Source of the DNA: a virus
Taxonomy: Duplodnaviria > Caudoviricetes
Direction: 5' to 3' (one strand)
IMG/VR virus record: IMGVR_UViG_3300025759_000624
Location: 1 to 25,677 of that record
DNA: 25,677 nt
In this document: positions 1-8,575 of the stretch, in pieces
Position numbering within the stretch: the stretch's first letter is position 1
How the letters are laid out: the number at the start of each line of letters is the position of its first letter
Program-made: the position numbers and the translations under genes
The notes under the pieces: generated by a model
The model's input: only the letters and a program-made list of their open reading frames with translations
Database searches by the model: none
What the model was told of the DNA's origin: nothing

Positions 1-783
1 AAATAATCTTTTGATAGGTGTGCATACCTATTTACTATATTGAAGTCGGACCACCCACCAAGATGTTGTAACGTATGTAAAGGAGTACCGTTTTGTACAT
101 GGTGAGTAGCCCAAGTATGTCTGATGTCATGCCATCTAAATCCATTAAGACCAGCTCTATCTAATGCACTATACCAAGCCGTGTTAGAAGCTCTGTTCAT
201 TTTTCTACCAGCATAGGTGAAAACATAAGGGCTAGACCTATCAATTGATTCTAAGAGCTCTCTGCATTTAGCATTCAAAGGCACTGATAAGCCTCTACAA
301 AGGCACTGATAAGCCTCTACCATTTTTAGTCTCAGTTCCATCTATTGATATCTGATCTTGTTTTATGTCTGCCCATTTAAGATTAAAGCAGTTGGACATT
401 CTAACCCCAGTGAGGAGTGAAAATATAAATGGTTTCTGCAAATGAGGGGGGAGCTCTTTTTGCAATTTTTTTATATCTTCAAGAGTAAAATATTTATTTC
501 TTTTAGGGGACTCTTTTACTCTTTTTATAATGGGCTTAGTGTCCAACCACCCTAACTCTTCATATGCATACATAAGTATTGCACGGAAGTAGTTTAAATA
601 TCTGTTGACTGTTCCTGGTGCTCCTTGAATACCAGATCTAGCCGCAGCTATTTGTTCTTTAGTAATATCTTTAATGTCCATGTTTTCAAACAATGGCTCA
701 AAGTATTTTCTATAGGTAAAATCATTCTTACCCATTTTATTAAATCTATAATATTGTTTAATTGCGTCAGTTAATGTTTTCAT
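1..783 (-). CDS. int: Tyrosine recombinase / phage integrase, 3' end outside the window, frameshifted by a 22-bp tandem duplication
   Basis: ORF 295-783 contains LLTGVRMSN (catalytic Arg) and TKNG. Removing one copy of the 276-319 repeat continues the frame through FRWHDIRHTWA...LGGWS...RYAHL (HxxR, W and catalytic Tyr). Confidence 0.92.
276..319. repeat. 22-bp perfect tandem duplication inside the integrase
   Basis: caaaggcactgataagcctcta at 276-297 and 298-319. Confidence 0.95.
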
Positions 784-902
784 TTTTTATTTTTTGCAAC
801 TAATATTTTTTCATGCTGAGTCCATATTTTTTTAAACTCAGGGTCTTGTGATTTTTTTTTAGCTTTTTTTATTGCGTTAATTTTTTTTGTTAAACCATTC
901 AT
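780..902 (-). CDS. Small basic hypothetical protein, 40 aa (not in ORF track)
   Basis: MNGLTKKINAIKKAKKKSQDPEFKKIWTQHEKILVAKNKK; its stop overlaps the integrase start (ATGA); AGGGG upstream. Confidence 0.6.
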   Translation of the reverse strand: MNGLTKKINAIKKAKKKSQDPEFKKIWTQHEKILVAKNKK

Positions 903-924
903 TGTTTTCCCCTATTAAATATTC

Positions 925-964
925 TGTGTATACATTATAAACATGTATTACACACTATTGTCAA
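925..964 (-). promoter_or_regulatory. Putative sigma70 promoter for the integrase unit with an overlapping imperfect palindrome
   Basis: TTGACA (964-959), 19-bp spacer, TATAAT (939-934); TGTGTAATACAT-N7-ATGTATACACA flanks the -10. Confidence 0.55.
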
Positions 965-1409
965 TAACATATTTTTTAAATAGGTTTATAGGAATAAGGC
1001 AAGCTTTTTTAGTTTGAGTGTCTCCCTCTCCCAAAACATCTTTAACCTTTATATTATTTAACAAAATACATTCTAATATTTTCTTTGGTTTTATCCACAA
1101 GTTTTTTACGCCAGTGTGTATGATCCAGTAGTCAGCCTCAGTAGAAAGCAAGGCAGATGGTTTGCCAAACATATACAGCTCAATAATAATGTTGCCAGTC
1201 TCTTGGCTCTTGTAGTCAACCTTAACTTCTACTTTAAGATTTTTCTCTGGTATGAATATATCGTAAGGTTTAAATTTTCCTGGTATTAAAACAGCACTAG
1301 GATACTTCTTATGAATTGATTTTAAGATCTTGTTTTCTAACTCTTGCCCAGTCAGAAGATCTTTTTGAAAAGCTCTACTCGAACTTGTTTTTAATTTCTG
1401 CGTAGTCAT
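948..1409 (-). CDS. PD-(D/E)xK nuclease-like protein (start uncertain)
   Basis: YDIFIPEKNLKVEVKVD (D...ExK) followed by TGNIIIE and ADYW, typical of phage restriction-fold nucleases. Confidence 0.65.
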   Translation of the reverse strand: MTTQKLKTSSSRAFQKDLLTGQELENKILKSIHKKYPSAVLIPGKFKPYDIFIPEKNLKVEVKVDYKSQETGNIIIELYMFGKPSALLSTEADYWIIHTGVKNLWIKPKKILECILLNNIKVKDVLGEGDTQTKKACLIPINLFKKYVIDNSV

Positions 1410-1863
1410 TTTCAGACATTATTGACTGCACTGATATATCATTAAACTTGTGTTTTGACTCAGCTATCTTGTTCAATAATGCTATGCATTTATGATCTTG
1501 TGGATACATTTCTGATTGATGGGTAGCGACTTGAGTTATTCTTTTTATCACATCGCCAACAGTCAAGTTGTCTATTGTTTTCAATTTTTGTAGTTCCCTC
1601 CATCTATCTTCTTGAGAAGACACCTGCCTTATTTTATAACCTTCAGCGGCATTCTTGATGTTTATAATTTTTCTTTTTAATTCTGGAAGTTTATTCCACT
1701 GGCGGATTTCATCCTCGTGTCTACCACAAGTCTTACATCTAATATCGCCTATTGTTGTGGAGCAGACTCCACCATTACAGGGTGACCCTGATAGGGAAGA
1801 CTCCCCTAATACAGATGAGAGCCTCTCAGAACCTGAGAGACTCGTTTCTAGTTTTGCATTCAT
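1375..1863 (-). CDS. DUF1289-like Cys-rich protein
   Basis: SPCNGGVCSTTIGDIRCKTCGRHEDEIRQW matches the DUF1289 pattern SPC..C....C..C.R..E...W. Confidence 0.7.
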   Translation of the reverse strand: MNAKLETSLSGSERLSSVLGESSLSGSPCNGGVCSTTIGDIRCKTCGRHEDEIRQWNKLPELKRKIINIKNAAEGYKIRQVSSQEDRWRELQKLKTIDNLTVGDVIKRITQVATHQSEMYPQDHKCIALLNKIAESKHKFNDISVQSIMSENDYAEIKNKFE

Positions 1864-2183
1864 TTGCTTTCTTTAGATGAACCAGCTCCATTTGTGTTCT
1901 TTGTATCTGATTCTACCGCATCTTCAGCTTGTTGTACAACCGTGTACTTCTCTGGGAGAAGACCCGTAAGCTGATTCTGATCAACTTGATTACCTAATTG
2001 TACAAGCCTTATAATTTCAGTAAGCAAAGGCATAATGTTGCTTGAATGAAAGTTAAGAACATTCAAACGATTAATTGCTTCTTTAGATAGGCTATCGACT
2101 TCATACTCTCTAGCCTCTCCATCCACATTTAAGGTGATATTTTTTACAGCCTCTTCACCACCAGGCGTTACAATTTTACCCAT
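1860..2183 (-). CDS. Hypothetical protein
   Basis: 107-aa ORF with GGAGG RBS, overlapping the next start. Confidence 0.75.
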   Translation of the reverse strand: MGKIVTPGGEEAVKNITLNVDGEAREYEVDSLSKEAINRLNVLNFHSSNIMPLLTEIIRLVQLGNQVDQNQLTGLLPEKYTVVQQAEDAVESDTKNTNGAGSSKESK

Positions 2184-2191
2184 AGTTCCTC

Positions 2192-2452
2192 CTAAAAAGG
2201 TAAGTCATCTTCTGTGATGTCCTTTGGAAACACCTCATTAGATTTTGGTTTAATACTCTGACTATCTTTAGGTGTTATAGCAAAGCTTAAGGCTGGTGCT
2301 TTTTCTGGAGCACCTGGAGCTCTTCTCCACGCACTTACCCAAAAATCTACTCCATCCACATTAAGCTCACCCCTAAAGTCAGGATGTCTTTCAGTTTCTT
2401 TTTTATCGTTTTTCCAAATCGCACCACGATTTTTATTATCAAATTCTGCCAT
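2192..2452 (-). CDS. Putative single-stranded DNA-binding protein
   Basis: Start MAEFDNK after AGGAG; HPDFRG...SAW motif; acidic C-terminal tail EDDLPF like SSB; located beside exonuclease and annealase. Confidence 0.7.
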   Translation of the reverse strand: MAEFDNKNRGAIWKNDKKETERHPDFRGELNVDGVDFWVSAWRRAPGAPEKAPALSFAITPKDSQSIKPKSNEVFPKDITEDDLPF

Positions 2453-2453
2453 T

Positions 2454-2621
2454 TTATTTCTCCTTATCAGCCCAGTCATCTAAAATCTTGTTAACCATAT
2501 AAGCAACTTTACGATCATAAAACCTATGACCAGCCTTTTTAGTGGCAGACACTAGTTTATCGTAAGTAGATTTATTAATCCTTGAACTAATTGATTTTTT
2601 TTCATTTTTATTAATAGTCAT
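2454..2621 (-). CDS. Small putative ribbon-helix-helix DNA-binding protein, 55 aa (not in ORF track)
   Basis: MTINKNEKKSISSRINKSTYDKLVSATKKAGHRFYDRKVAYMVNKILDDWADKEK; GGAGG RBS; fills the gap exactly; strand-helix-helix pattern as in Arc/CopG (inference). Confidence 0.55.
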   Translation of the reverse strand: MTINKNEKKSISSRINKSTYDKLVSATKKAGHRFYDRKVAYMVNKILDDWADKEK

Positions 2622-3560
2622 TTATTCCTCCAGTAGTTTGGTATAAATTCTGGTGTCGCCCTCTGACCTATAGCCTTCCATAATATCAAAAGGAATATCC
2701 TGATCCTTTACCAGTCTGGCGTAGTTTATTCGACCCCTAGCTTGTGTCATATGACATTTCACTCTTGAGGTACTAAATGCTCCTCCGTGCTTTTTTACAG
2801 CCTCGGCAGAAAGTTCTTTCTTTCTTTTATCAAGCAAGCTTTTCCTTTCGTTAAGCTCATTTAGTTCGGTAAGTACATCTGCTAATTGTGATGTATTGTC
2901 ATCATCATCAACAGGTTTGTAGTTGACTCCTGGTTCTTGTTTTGTTTCTGACCACATAGCAATATATTTTGGATCTTTAGACGCATCTGCATACCAATCC
3001 ATAAATTCTTTTGCTTTTGGTATATATATATCAGCCCATCTAGGATCTCTTTCAACCCATTCTTGATAGTGTTCATGCTCATACCATTGAAAAAACAACA
3101 TTTCATCTATATCCATGCACTCCATACCCATTTGCATTTGATGCCAATAGTTTCTTTTTTGTTCTTGTACATTTTTGACGGGCTTTGTTTGTGGGCATTT
3201 AATTTCTACAGCAGAAACTTTTCCATTTCTACCAGAAACAATTACTCCATCTGGAGACATTCCCAACCAATCATGTTTTGGATGCACAACAAAAGATGGT
3301 TGTGTAATTTTGTAGCCCATGCTTTTTAATTGTTCTAAAGCAACTGGCTCGTGGTCACTACCATATGTTATTGCAAACATAGCTCTTTGATCAAAAGGGT
3401 CCTGAGACAGGTTGTGAGCCTCTCTGTAGATATCTCTACCTAAAGCCTCCCATTGGTCTCCTTTTGCCCACATACACTCTTTAACGGCACGAGGTAGCCT
3501 CGTTCCTGTAATTCTATTTTTTCTTTGATCATGCCACTCAGGCGTTCCTTGCTTAATCAT
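2622..3560 (-). CDS. YqaJ / lambda-exonuclease family protein
   Basis: QGTPEW...R..RITGT, HE, SPDG, EIKCP and Y.HQMQ motifs. Confidence 0.92.
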   Translation of the reverse strand: MIKQGTPEWHDQRKNRITGTRLPRAVKECMWAKGDQWEALGRDIYREAHNLSQDPFDQRAMFAITYGSDHEPVALEQLKSMGYKITQPSFVVHPKHDWLGMSPDGVIVSGRNGKVSAVEIKCPQTKPVKNVQEQKRNYWHQMQMGMECMDIDEMLFFQWYEHEHYQEWVERDPRWADIYIPKAKEFMDWYADASKDPKYIAMWSETKQEPGVNYKPVDDDDNTSQLADVLTELNELNERKSLLDKRKKELSAEAVKKHGGAFSTSRVKCHMTQARGRINYARLVKDQDIPFDIMEGYRSEGDTRIYTKLLEE

Positions 3561-4176
3561 TTTTATAAACCTTTGTAAAAGCTAGTATAAGTTGCTTCTT
3601 GGTTTCATCGTCACCACTAAGGTTGGCTACCTTTTCATACTTTTTATAAATTTCTTTTGCTTTTTCCTTGTTTGCACATGCTTTAATTTCTTTAGTAAAG
3701 TCCTCAACCATGCTTGTTGTTTCATCTTCCTCTTCCGCCGGAAAGCTCTGATCAATTCCTTCAAGCTCAGGCTCAACCACTCCCTCAAAGGGTACGCAGA
3801 ATGTTTCTAACAGTGCGTTACGATATGCAAAAGATCTTGCAGATTCTAAATCTTTTCCCTGTTGGGACTTACTGTGTCCCACATAAGACCTATCTACAAA
3901 AGAACCATCTTCAGTACAAATAAATCTAAGGGTTCCAACAACTCTAGTTAATGTTGATCTACCATCATCTAGAAATTTAGTTGATACCTTAAGATCAGGC
4001 TGAACCAAAGTTAGAACATTATTGTCATGCAGTGGTTTTGAAAAAGATTGTATGATCTGATCAATACCCCTGTATTTATATTTTTGAAATGTATTAACGC
4101 CCTCTTTTGCAATTGGGTTTTGATACATGTAGTTTTGCACATTTTTAAGTGCTGTATATATTTTTTGATTACTCAT
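3553..4176 (-). CDS. ERF-family single-strand annealing protein
   Basis: IAKEGVNTFQKYKYRGID...A.SFAYRNAL..F motifs; adjacent to exonuclease; ATG at 4176 follows GGAGG. Confidence 0.85.
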   Translation of the reverse strand: MSNQKIYTALKNVQNYMYQNPIAKEGVNTFQKYKYRGIDQIIQSFSKPLHDNNVLTLVQPDLKVSTKFLDDGRSTLTRVVGTLRFICTEDGSFVDRSYVGHSKSQQGKDLESARSFAYRNALLETFCVPFEGVVEPELEGIDQSFPAEEEDETTSMVEDFTKEIKACANKEKAKEIYKKYEKVANLSGDDETKKQLILAFTKVYKND

Positions 4177-4189
4177 ATAAACCTCCTGC

Positions 4190-4270
4190 ATGAATTGTAA
4201 ACTTTTATTAATTTAAAAACAATACTTTACAATGATTAATAATTAAAGTTAATATACGCAAGTGAGGGAA
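4190..4270. promoter_or_regulatory. AT-rich divergent control region
   Basis: Gap between divergent operons; inverted TTGTAAA (4195-4201) / TTTACAA (4226-4232); TTTACA-N18-TAATAT on the + strand. Confidence 0.45.
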
Positions 4271-4274
4271 AAAT

Positions 4275-4913
4275 ATGTCGCTTGAATACATTACAAAAGT
4301 TTTACGGGTTGAGGTTAATTCAACACAAAAGCTATTGCTTATTGTTCTGGCTAATTACTCAGATGAGTTTGGTTGTTCTTATCCCTCCCATAAAAAGTTG
4401 ACTGAACTTACTGGGCTTTCCCTCACAGCTATAAAAGATAATCTAAAGAAACTTAGAGACATGGGTCACATAGAATGGGACCAAAGAAAAAATACTAGCA
4501 ATTATTACAAAATACTAGGGGGGTCGGCAGACGCCTATGGGGGGTCGGGAGGTGGCTACAATACTAAAGCTTATACTAAAAATGAATTTATATTAGATAT
4601 TGATTTGATAAATGAAATTTTTAAAAGCAAATGTGATCAAGCATTTTATGTTCATTCACAAAACGCTCACAAATATGTAGTGCCTTATAAAAAACTAAAA
4701 GAAATAGCTAAATCAAAAAAAGGATATGTCTCTCCTAAAACGGGGAGAAAAATAGATTTCACATCAAATGATTTTTGGGAAGCATATTTTGAAATAGCTA
4801 ACTCAGAAGGTCATAAGAAATGGATAAGATCTTTTTGGAATGGAAAGCCAACACTTGGAACAATGCTAGGGATTAACCAGTTTGACGCAATTATAGAGAG
4901 GAGACATGGATAA
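4275..4913 (+). CDS. Phage replication initiator with N-terminal winged HTH
   Basis: KLLLIVLANYSDEFGCSYPSHKKL..LTGLS...L..L...G.I...N.Y pattern; directly upstream of and coupled to DnaB. Confidence 0.8.
   Translation: MSLEYITKVLRVEVNSTQKLLLIVLANYSDEFGCSYPSHKKLTELTGLSLTAIKDNLKKLRDMGHIEWDQRKNTSNYYKILGGSADAYGGSGGGYNTKAYTKNEFILDIDLINEIFKSKCDQAFYVHSQNAHKYVVPYKKLKEIAKSKKGYVSPKTGRKIDFTSNDFWEAYFEIANSEGHKKWIRSFWNGKPTLGTMLGINQFDAIIERRHG
4491..4580. repeat. Iteron-like repeats inside the initiator gene (putative origin)
   Basis: GGGGGGTCGG at 4518 and 4539 (21 bp apart) and four ATACTA copies between 4492 and 4579. Confidence 0.4.
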
Positions 4914-6225
4914 AGAAATATATGAACTGGAAGCAAATTTATTAGGGGCTATGGTTCTTGATCATAAGAGGTTTATGAAAGCACAAGAGGAGGGACTCTT
5001 GCCAGAAGACTTTGAGAACAGCTCGTATAAAAAAGCATATGAGGTAATGATAGACAACCAAGCATCAGACATAGTCACCTTGAGAAACAATATAAGCGAT
5101 GATTTTGTTTTTGATGATATAAGACAGGCATCAGCTTATTGTATTAGTGCGGCTGGATATACACATTGGATTAAAGCAATGCATGACAAAACCGCTAACA
5201 ACAAGTTGATGCAGCTTTCCTTGAAGATACCTGAAATAGTAGAAGACAAAATAACAATTGAGCAAAAGGTTGATCAGGTTAATCAATTGCTGATTGAAAA
5301 CAAAATTACAAAAAATACTGAGTCACCAAAATCAGTTAAAGATATTTTGTCTGTTGTAAAGCAAGAGCTACAAGACGCTAATCTTATTGAACAAAAATTA
5401 ATAAAGACAGGTTTTCATAATATAGATTCAAGGTTAAATGGTTTTAAAGATGGTGATCTTATTATTGTTGCTGGTAGACCAGGAATGGGTAAAACAACAT
5501 GGGCTTTAAATATTGCAACAAACAATATACTTAAGGGCAAAACAGTTTTAATTTTTTCATTAGAGATGACTAACGAACAGTTGATTAAAAAAATAATTAG
5601 CTCAGAGTCTAATCTTTCAATGAAATCTTTATTAACAGGAAATCTTACACCAGATGAATGGAATAAGTTTAATGATATTGAAAAGAAACTATCTGATTCA
5701 AATTTATATGTGTATGACAAGTCACCAATAACTATTGAAACGCTTGTAAACAAAACAAAAGCAATACAATCTATCAAAGATATAGACCTAATAGTCGTTG
5801 ACTACTTGCAATTACTTATGACTTCTAATAAAGCACCAAGTAATTCAGATAGCAGGGCGGCTTCAATGACCTATATCTCCAATCTTCTGAAGGGGCTGGC
5901 TAAAGACGTTGGCTGTCCAGTAATCTCGTTGTCTCAATTAAATCGGGGTGTGGAGGCGAGAGTGGACAAACGACCAGTCCTTTCAGATTTAAGAGATAGT
6001 GGCTCTATAGAACAAGATGCTGACATGGTTATAATGTTATACAGAGAAGAATATTATGATTCTCTAAACACAGGACTGGCTGAAGTAATTGTTAGAAAAA
6101 ATCGCCTAGGTGAAACGGGTGACTTTAACTTAGCCTTCGATGGAGCTACATCAAAATTTTTAGACCCCGAAGAGGAGGCATTCGGGAAAAAACAAACAAG
6201 GAAAAAAGACTATGGAATCATCTGA
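4906..6225 (+). CDS. dnaB: Replicative DNA helicase
   Basis: AGRPGMGKT, FSLEM, VVDYLQL, SQLNR and LSDLRDSGSIEQDAD motifs. Confidence 0.97.
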   Translation: MDKEIYELEANLLGAMVLDHKRFMKAQEEGLLPEDFENSSYKKAYEVMIDNQASDIVTLRNNISDDFVFDDIRQASAYCISAAGYTHWIKAMHDKTANNKLMQLSLKIPEIVEDKITIEQKVDQVNQLLIENKITKNTESPKSVKDILSVVKQELQDANLIEQKLIKTGFHNIDSRLNGFKDGDLIIVAGRPGMGKTTWALNIATNNILKGKTVLIFSLEMTNEQLIKKIISSESNLSMKSLLTGNLTPDEWNKFNDIEKKLSDSNLYVYDKSPITIETLVNKTKAIQSIKDIDLIVVDYLQLLMTSNKAPSNSDSRAASMTYISNLLKGLAKDVGCPVISLSQLNRGVEARVDKRPVLSDLRDSGSIEQDADMVIMLYREEYYDSLNTGLAEVIVRKNRLGETGDFNLAFDGATSKFLDPEEEAFGKKQTRKKDYGII

Positions 6226-6547
6226 AAACTTTCATCAACAGCTAAGAGATATAATACCAACTATATCAGAGGCTAGGGTAAACGTACTTAAGGCAGAGGT
6301 AAATCTCAAAAGAGTATTCTGGGTAGAGCTATGCCAAGCTAAAGACGATGGAGAAAGATCATACAACGCACAGAAATCAAAAGCTGAAGCTACAGAGTCG
6401 TATTACGAAGCATCAATGCTAGTGGCTAAAGCTAAAGCAAAACTAGATGCATTACAAACAGAAAAGTCTGCTGTAGATATGCAGTTTGAAGAGTGGCGTA
6501 CAAAAATGGCTAACTTAAGAATGGAGAGAAATAGATATGGAGCATGA
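6212..6547 (+). CDS. Coiled-coil phage hypothetical protein
   Basis: 111-aa helical ORF ending EWRTKMANLR; overlaps the DnaB stop. Confidence 0.75.
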   Translation: MESSENFHQQLRDIIPTISEARVNVLKAEVNLKRVFWVELCQAKDDGERSYNAQKSKAEATESYYEASMLVAKAKAKLDALQTEKSAVDMQFEEWRTKMANLRMERNRYGA

Positions 6548-6695
6548 TAACTTTAAAGATTTTTGTAGAATGATGTATGAAGAGTGTAAGTCTGAAAGAA
6601 GAAAGTATAATGAAGATCAAATAGATTTTGATCAATATGTTTTACAAAACAATAAATTTTTAGTTAAAGAATATGCAAGGCAGAGCACCAAATAA
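6537..6695 (+). CDS. Hypothetical protein, 52 aa (not in ORF track)
   Basis: MEHDNFKDFCRMMYEECKSERRKY...; fills the gap with overlaps on both sides. Confidence 0.6.
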   Translation: MEHDNFKDFCRMMYEECKSERRKYNEDQIDFDQYVLQNNKFLVKEYARQSTK

Positions 6696-6975
6696 AAAAG
6701 AAAAACAATGGATGGATTCTATATCTAACTTTGGCTGTATTGTCTGCAAACTTTTTTATCAATGCAACAGCCCAGCAGAGATACATCATATTGATGGTAA
6801 AACAAAACCTGAAGCACATTTTAAAACACTGCCACTTTGTTACAAACATCATAGAGAAGGTGTTAACAATGATATGTATGTTTCAAGACATCCTTTTAAA
6901 AGGGAGTTTGAGAAGAGATATGGCAATCAATACAACTTATTAGAAAGGTTGAAAGAGTTAATTGAAAATGATTAA
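6673..6975 (+). CDS. Ref-like (recombination enhancement) HNH/Zn nuclease
   Basis: GCIVC...PAEIHH...TLPLCYKHH...FEKRYG motifs. Confidence 0.8.
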   Translation: MQGRAPNKKEKQWMDSISNFGCIVCKLFYQCNSPAEIHHIDGKTKPEAHFKTLPLCYKHHREGVNNDMYVSRHPFKREFEKRYGNQYNLLERLKELIEND

Positions 6976-6984
6976 GGTGCATCT

Positions 6985-7140
6985 ATGACAAACAGAGAAA
7001 GGCTTGGCTCTTGGCATGGTGGAAAGGGAGATAGAGACAGGGTATCAAATAAAAAAAAATACAATGAAGGATATGAAAGAATTTTTGGTAATAAAAAAGA
7101 AAAAAGGAAAGAAAAATGTCAGCAACAAAAAAACAAGTAG
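6985..7140 (+). CDS. Small basic hypothetical protein, 51 aa (not in ORF track)
   Basis: MTNRERLGSWHGGKGDRDRVSNKKKYNEGYERIFG...; AAGGTG RBS. Confidence 0.6.
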   Translation: MTNRERLGSWHGGKGDRDRVSNKKKYNEGYERIFGNKKEKRKEKCQQQKNK

Positions 7141-7328
7141 GCGGGACCCATTACAAAAAATATAAAATACAACCAGTAGAGTTTGCTCAAGTCAATGAAC
7201 TTAATTACTGTGAGTCTAACATTATCAAATACGCTGTTAGGCACAAGGATAAGAACGGCATAGACGATGTTAAGAAAATAATTCATTATGCAGAACTACT
7301 GCTTGAGCTTGAGTATTCTGACAAGTGA
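7116..7328 (+). CDS. DUF3310 (SaV-like) protein
   Basis: QVGGTHY...IQP.EF...NIIKY..R...KNG..D..K..HY. Confidence 0.88.
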   Translation: MSATKKQVGGTHYKKYKIQPVEFAQVNELNYCESNIIKYAVRHKDKNGIDDVKKIIHYAELLLELEYSDK

Positions 7329-7618
7329 AGCATGTTGATCAAACAGGTCAAATAGATACGCTACGCTACGCCAATCAAATAAGTTTACTAAAAACTCATC
7401 AAGAGAGAATTAACTATATGTCTGATATAGATGAAAACTTTCATGATTTGGTGTATCTTTTAAGTATGCAGATGGCTATTCCTAAAACCATTGCGAACCT
7501 TCCAACTCGGGAAGAAAGAAAAAAAGCATGGGAAGAATTGCCAGAACATAATAAAACCATGAAGGGTATGAAAGACATGGTTTATCATAGAGTGATAAGG
7601 ATATTTAGAAAAAAATGA
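7325..7618 (+). CDS. Hypothetical protein
   Basis: 97-aa ORF, GTGA overlap upstream and ATGA overlap downstream. Confidence 0.7.
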   Translation: MKHVDQTGQIDTLRYANQISLLKTHQERINYMSDIDENFHDLVYLLSMQMAIPKTIANLPTREERKKAWEELPEHNKTMKGMKDMVYHRVIRIFRKK

Positions 7619-7797
7619 AAGGCGTAAATCATTACAAAAAAGATGGAACTATTTACAAAGGCGGAACGCATAAAATGCCAGATGGCTCTTTGCACTCTGG
7701 AGCAAGACATAGTTCTAGCAGCGTAAGACTTTTTCATTTTGGAGAACTGTCAAACAAATCTAAAACAAAAGCAAAAAATTCTTGGAGGAAAAAATAA
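7615..7797 (+). CDS. Small basic protein (HKMPDG motif)
   Basis: 60 aa, translationally coupled on both sides. Confidence 0.75.
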   Translation: MKGVNHYKKDGTIYKGGTHKMPDGSLHSGARHSSSSVRLFHFGELSNKSKTKAKNSWRKK

Positions 7798-7868
7798 TGG
7801 GCTATGGCAAAAAAATGGGTTATGGAAAACCAAAAAAAAAGAAAACTAAAAAAGGTAAAAAGAAGTAA
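7797..7868 (+). CDS. 23-aa Lys-rich peptide (not in ORF track)
   Basis: MGYGKKMGYGKPKKKKTKKGKKK; GGAGG RBS; TAATG overlaps at both ends. Confidence 0.65.
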   Translation: MGYGKKMGYGKPKKKKTKKGKKK

Positions 7869-7987
7869 TGCCTTTTAAAAAGTATTCTCCAAAACAAAAA
7901 AAATTAGCCAAGGTTGCAAAGCCTAGAAATAAAATAACAGGTGCTGATTTTAAAAAAATGAGAAAAGGAAGTGGTAAGAAAAAGTAG
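7868..7987 (+). CDS. 39-aa Lys-rich peptide (not in ORF track)
   Basis: MPFKKYSPKQKKLAKVAKPRNKITGADFKKMRKGSGKKK; TAATG-coupled. Confidence 0.65.
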   Translation: MPFKKYSPKQKKLAKVAKPRNKITGADFKKMRKGSGKKK

Positions 7988-8174
7988 CAAGCCTACAAAG
8001 AAAAAGTCTACGGTCAATTCTGCTGGCAACTATACCAAGCCAGAAATGCGTAAAAGATTATTCAATCAAATTAAGGCTGGGTCAAAGGGTGGTAGAGCTG
8101 GTCAGTGGTCAGCAAGAAAAGCACAAATGTTAGCCAAAAAATACAAAGCAAATGGCGGGGGTTATAGAAAATGA
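7971..8174 (+). CDS. Small basic protein, DUF5872-like N-terminal part
   Basis: YTKPEMRKRL...GG..GQWSARKAQMLA..YK..GGGY; family name recalled, not searched. Confidence 0.7.
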   Translation: MVRKSSKPTKKKSTVNSAGNYTKPEMRKRLFNQIKAGSKGGRAGQWSARKAQMLAKKYKANGGGYRK

Positions 8175-8314
8175 TTGGAAGATTATTTGATAAGTTTATA
8201 GAGTGGTCACTAAACAGACATGAACAACGAATAATGAAAAAAGAAACTCAAAAAAGAAAAACATCTAGAGTTAGAAGAAAAGCAAATGCAAAAAGAAAAG
8301 CAATTAAAAAATAA
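8171..8314 (+). CDS. 47-aa basic hypothetical protein (not in ORF track)
   Basis: MIGRLFDKFIEWSLNRHEQRIMKKETQKRKTSRVRRKANAKRKAIKK; ATGA overlap. Confidence 0.55.
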   Translation: MIGRLFDKFIEWSLNRHEQRIMKKETQKRKTSRVRRKANAKRKAIKK

Positions 8315-8332
8315 TTACACTTATTTAACATT

Positions 8333-8575
8333 ATGCCATTAAAAAAATCACAGAAATCACTTAAAATGTGGACCAAGCAGAAGTGGCGAACTGCTAGTGG
8401 AAAGAAATCTAGTAAGACTGGCGAAGTCTATGCTCCAGCAAGAACAATAGCAAAACTTAAATCTACAGCTAAAGGTAGAAAAAAGTTAGCACAGGCTAAT
8501 CGGGTAAAAAGAAAAGCAACCGCAAAAGGTAAACAGCATGCTAGACACGGATTACACAAGGGGAGGAAAAGATAA
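8333..8575 (+). CDS. Small basic protein, DUF5872-like C-terminal part
   Basis: SQKSLK.WTKQKWRT.SG...GEVY.P motif; very K/R-rich. Confidence 0.7.
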   Translation: MPLKKSQKSLKMWTKQKWRTASGKKSSKTGEVYAPARTIAKLKSTAKGRKKLAQANRVKRKATAKGKQHARHGLHKGRKR

